Position numbers and translations under genes: made by a program. Of a stretch of 64,000 nucleotides of DNA, positions 63,101-64,000 are shown piece after piece. A model generated the notes under the pieces. That model had not been told where the DNA came from, made no database searches, and worked only from the letters and a program-made list of their open reading frames with translations. Where the stretch lies: contig CAVVPN010000011.1 of the NCBI GenBank assembly GCA_963750165.1, forward strand, positions 1,600,001-1,664,000. Direction: 5' to 3'. This DNA is from an uncultured Gemmataceae bacterium. Lineage in GTDB: Bacteria; Planctomycetota; Planctomycetia; Gemmatales; Gemmataceae. Position 1 is the stretch's first letter. Each line of letters opens with the position of its first letter.

Positions 63101-64000
63101 GAGGTCCAGTTCTCGCTGTAGCGCCAGAGCGGCCCGGCAGCGTTCGGCCCGCGCGTGCAGCCCCTCGCTGCCCGCCTCCTTCAGCCGCCGTTCCGCCGGC
63201 CCCGGCGCCGCCGCCGCCAGTTCCGTGTCGTTGTCCCGCAGTGCTGTCTCGCAGCGGCCCAGCAAATCCGTTATCGCTTCACCGTTGCGCTCCCGCCGTT
63301 CCCACTCCGCCTGCCACCAGAAGGCCGCGGCGCCACAGCCCAGCACCAGCACCAGCAGCGCCGCCACCAGCGCCGCCTGCGCGGGGCGACGGCGGCACCA
63401 GCGCCACGTCTTCTCCAGCGCTCCCGCCGGCCGCGCCAGGATCGTCTTGCCATCCAGGAACCGTTGCAAGTCCTCCGCCAACGCCAGCGCACTGCCGTAG
63501 CGCTTGCCCGGCTGCTTGTGCAGGCACTTCAGGCAGATCGTCTCCAGGTCGCGCGGCGTCCTCGGCTGCAAGCGCCGCAGCGGCACCGGGTCGTCGGCCA
63601 CCACCTGCGCCAGCGTTTCCAGCGCCGTGGCGGCGATGAACGGCGGCCGGCCCGTCAGGCACTCGTACAGCACCGCTCCCAGCGCGTACACGTCCGCCAG
63701 CGGCCCAACCGCCTTCAGGTCGCCGCGCGCCTGCTCCGGGGCCATGTAACTCGGCGTGCCGACGACGGCCCCGCTCTGCGTCTGCTGCGCCCCGGAGTCT
63801 AGCTGCTTTGCCAGGCCGAAGTCGCTGACCTTGGGCGTGCCATCCTCCGTCAGCAGGACGTTCTGCGGCTTCAGATCGCGGTGGACGATGTGCTTCTCAT
63901 GGGCCGCCGCCAGCGCCCGGGCCAGCGTCTCCACCAGGCGGGCGGCGTCGCGCGGCGGCAACGGCGTGCCGTCCAGCTTGCGGGCCAGGCTGCCGCCGGC
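60146..64000 (-). CDS. Ser/Thr kinase + ~15 TPR repeats + C-terminal PPC-like domain (5' end outside the window)
   Basis: HRDLKPQN, DFG, YMAPEQ, TM, 34-aa TPR array, FDTFLKV.D..G..LAENDD. Confidence 0.95.
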   Translation of the reverse strand, partial: AGGSLARKLDGTPLPPRDAARLVETLARALAAAHEKHIVHRDLKPQNVLLTEDGTPKVSDFGLAKQLDSGAQQTQSGAVVGTPSYMAPEQARGDLKAVGPLADVYALGAVLYECLTGRPPFIAATALETLAQVVADDPVPLRRLQPRTPRDLETICLKCLHKQPGKRYGSALALAEDLQRFLDGKTILARPAGALEKTWRWCRRRPAQAALVAALLVLVLGCGAAAFWWQAEWERRERNGEAITDLLGRCETALRDNDTELAAAAPGPAERRLKEAGSEGLHARAERCRAALALQRELDLIDTFRWTFVENKLPEPKAVASRWRAALADYGLAAGQESGREAAARIDGSVLRDRLLLVLDLWLLAEPTAWVRAVLREADPNPYRESVRDALAARDGKRLVELAGRPEALAQPPRFAAALGQDRQIPALRRRAVLQAAQRAHPRDLTLNMELGISHYSITQREGAEDGVRWFQAAVAIRPLNVAARFDLGIALHQKKDLEGAIAAFQDAIHLEPKNAISLCGLGVALHSKKDLDGAIAVFRESIRRDPKFVPSHIGLGYALRDKGDQAGAFAAFRGAIKIDPKLALPHFFLGNVLRNKQDLDGAIAAYREAIRLDRSFVLAHNDLGNALRDKKDLDGAIAAYQEAIRLDPNYAYAHNNLGNALRDKKDLDGAIAAYREAIRLDSKYALPHNGLGNALRDKKDLDGAIAAYRKAIRLDPKYALAHFNLGNVLRDKKDLDGAIAADREAIRLDPENSLAFYNLGNALREKKNLNAAIAAYREAIRLDPRFAKAHNNLGVALRDKGDVGGAIAAFKDATRLDPSEAFPYHGLGNALRDKKDLDGAIAAYREAIRLDPKDAEVHNNLGNALRDKKYLNAAIATYREAIRLDPKFAFPHNGLGNALHDKKDLDGAIAAYQEAIRLDPNYALPRNGLGNALRDKNDLVGAITAYREAIRLDPNYAQPHQGLGIALLQLGQFAEAREASHQYLKLLPPGHPSQKLAQQQLQFCDQLLALEGKLNLYLAQGKPPGKSQELLQLILLCRLKQYHATASRLYAIAFTAHPTLAEDLNQGHRNQAARAAALAASGKGRDPGQLTDENRAKLRAQARAWLQADLQQWAKRFQARDHKALLGLLTIPAAWQQEPAFAAFRDAKERANLSAEERQSWAKLWADVKQLAEDLMAKVRTECFPGNLTARDRERVQEVKLRTGQAYLIDLESAQFDTFLKVQDAKGKVLAENDDITPGVNLNSRLFFTAPADGTYRLVATSFQQRGSGAYTLTVRHFVNKEK

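Overview
GC-rich bacterial DNA. The gene content (DUF1559 prepilin-type proteins, HEAT/LRR/TPR repeat proteins, Ser/Thr kinases, PQQ-like propellers) points to a Planctomycete, probably Gemmataceae-like (inference). At least nine frameshifts fall inside otherwise intact genes, so the assembly probably contains indel errors. Highlights: (1) an ~8.3 kb apparent single-polypeptide electron-transfer chain, FixC-FixX-ACAD-ACAD-ETFbeta-ETFalpha (9339-17683); (2) an 839-aa rvt-class (cellular, fungal-like) reverse transcriptase, head-to-head with a compact WXG100 + FtsK/EssC-like cassette (22301-30014); (3) a low-GC, translationally coupled three-gene island ending in a permuted papain-like protein, a candidate defence or toxin module (33476-35450); (4) an LRR gene bracketed by a ~350-bp duplication of the 3' end of a DJ-1/PfpI gene; (5) several REP-like palindrome families. 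Housekeeping and metabolic genes include trpE, efp, AOR-MoaD-cysteine desulfurase, ferredoxin with a sigma54 activator, and a xylose isomerase-like gene. No rRNA, tRNA, CRISPR array, integrase or intact IS was seen. All family assignments come from motif recognition by eye; no database search was run.
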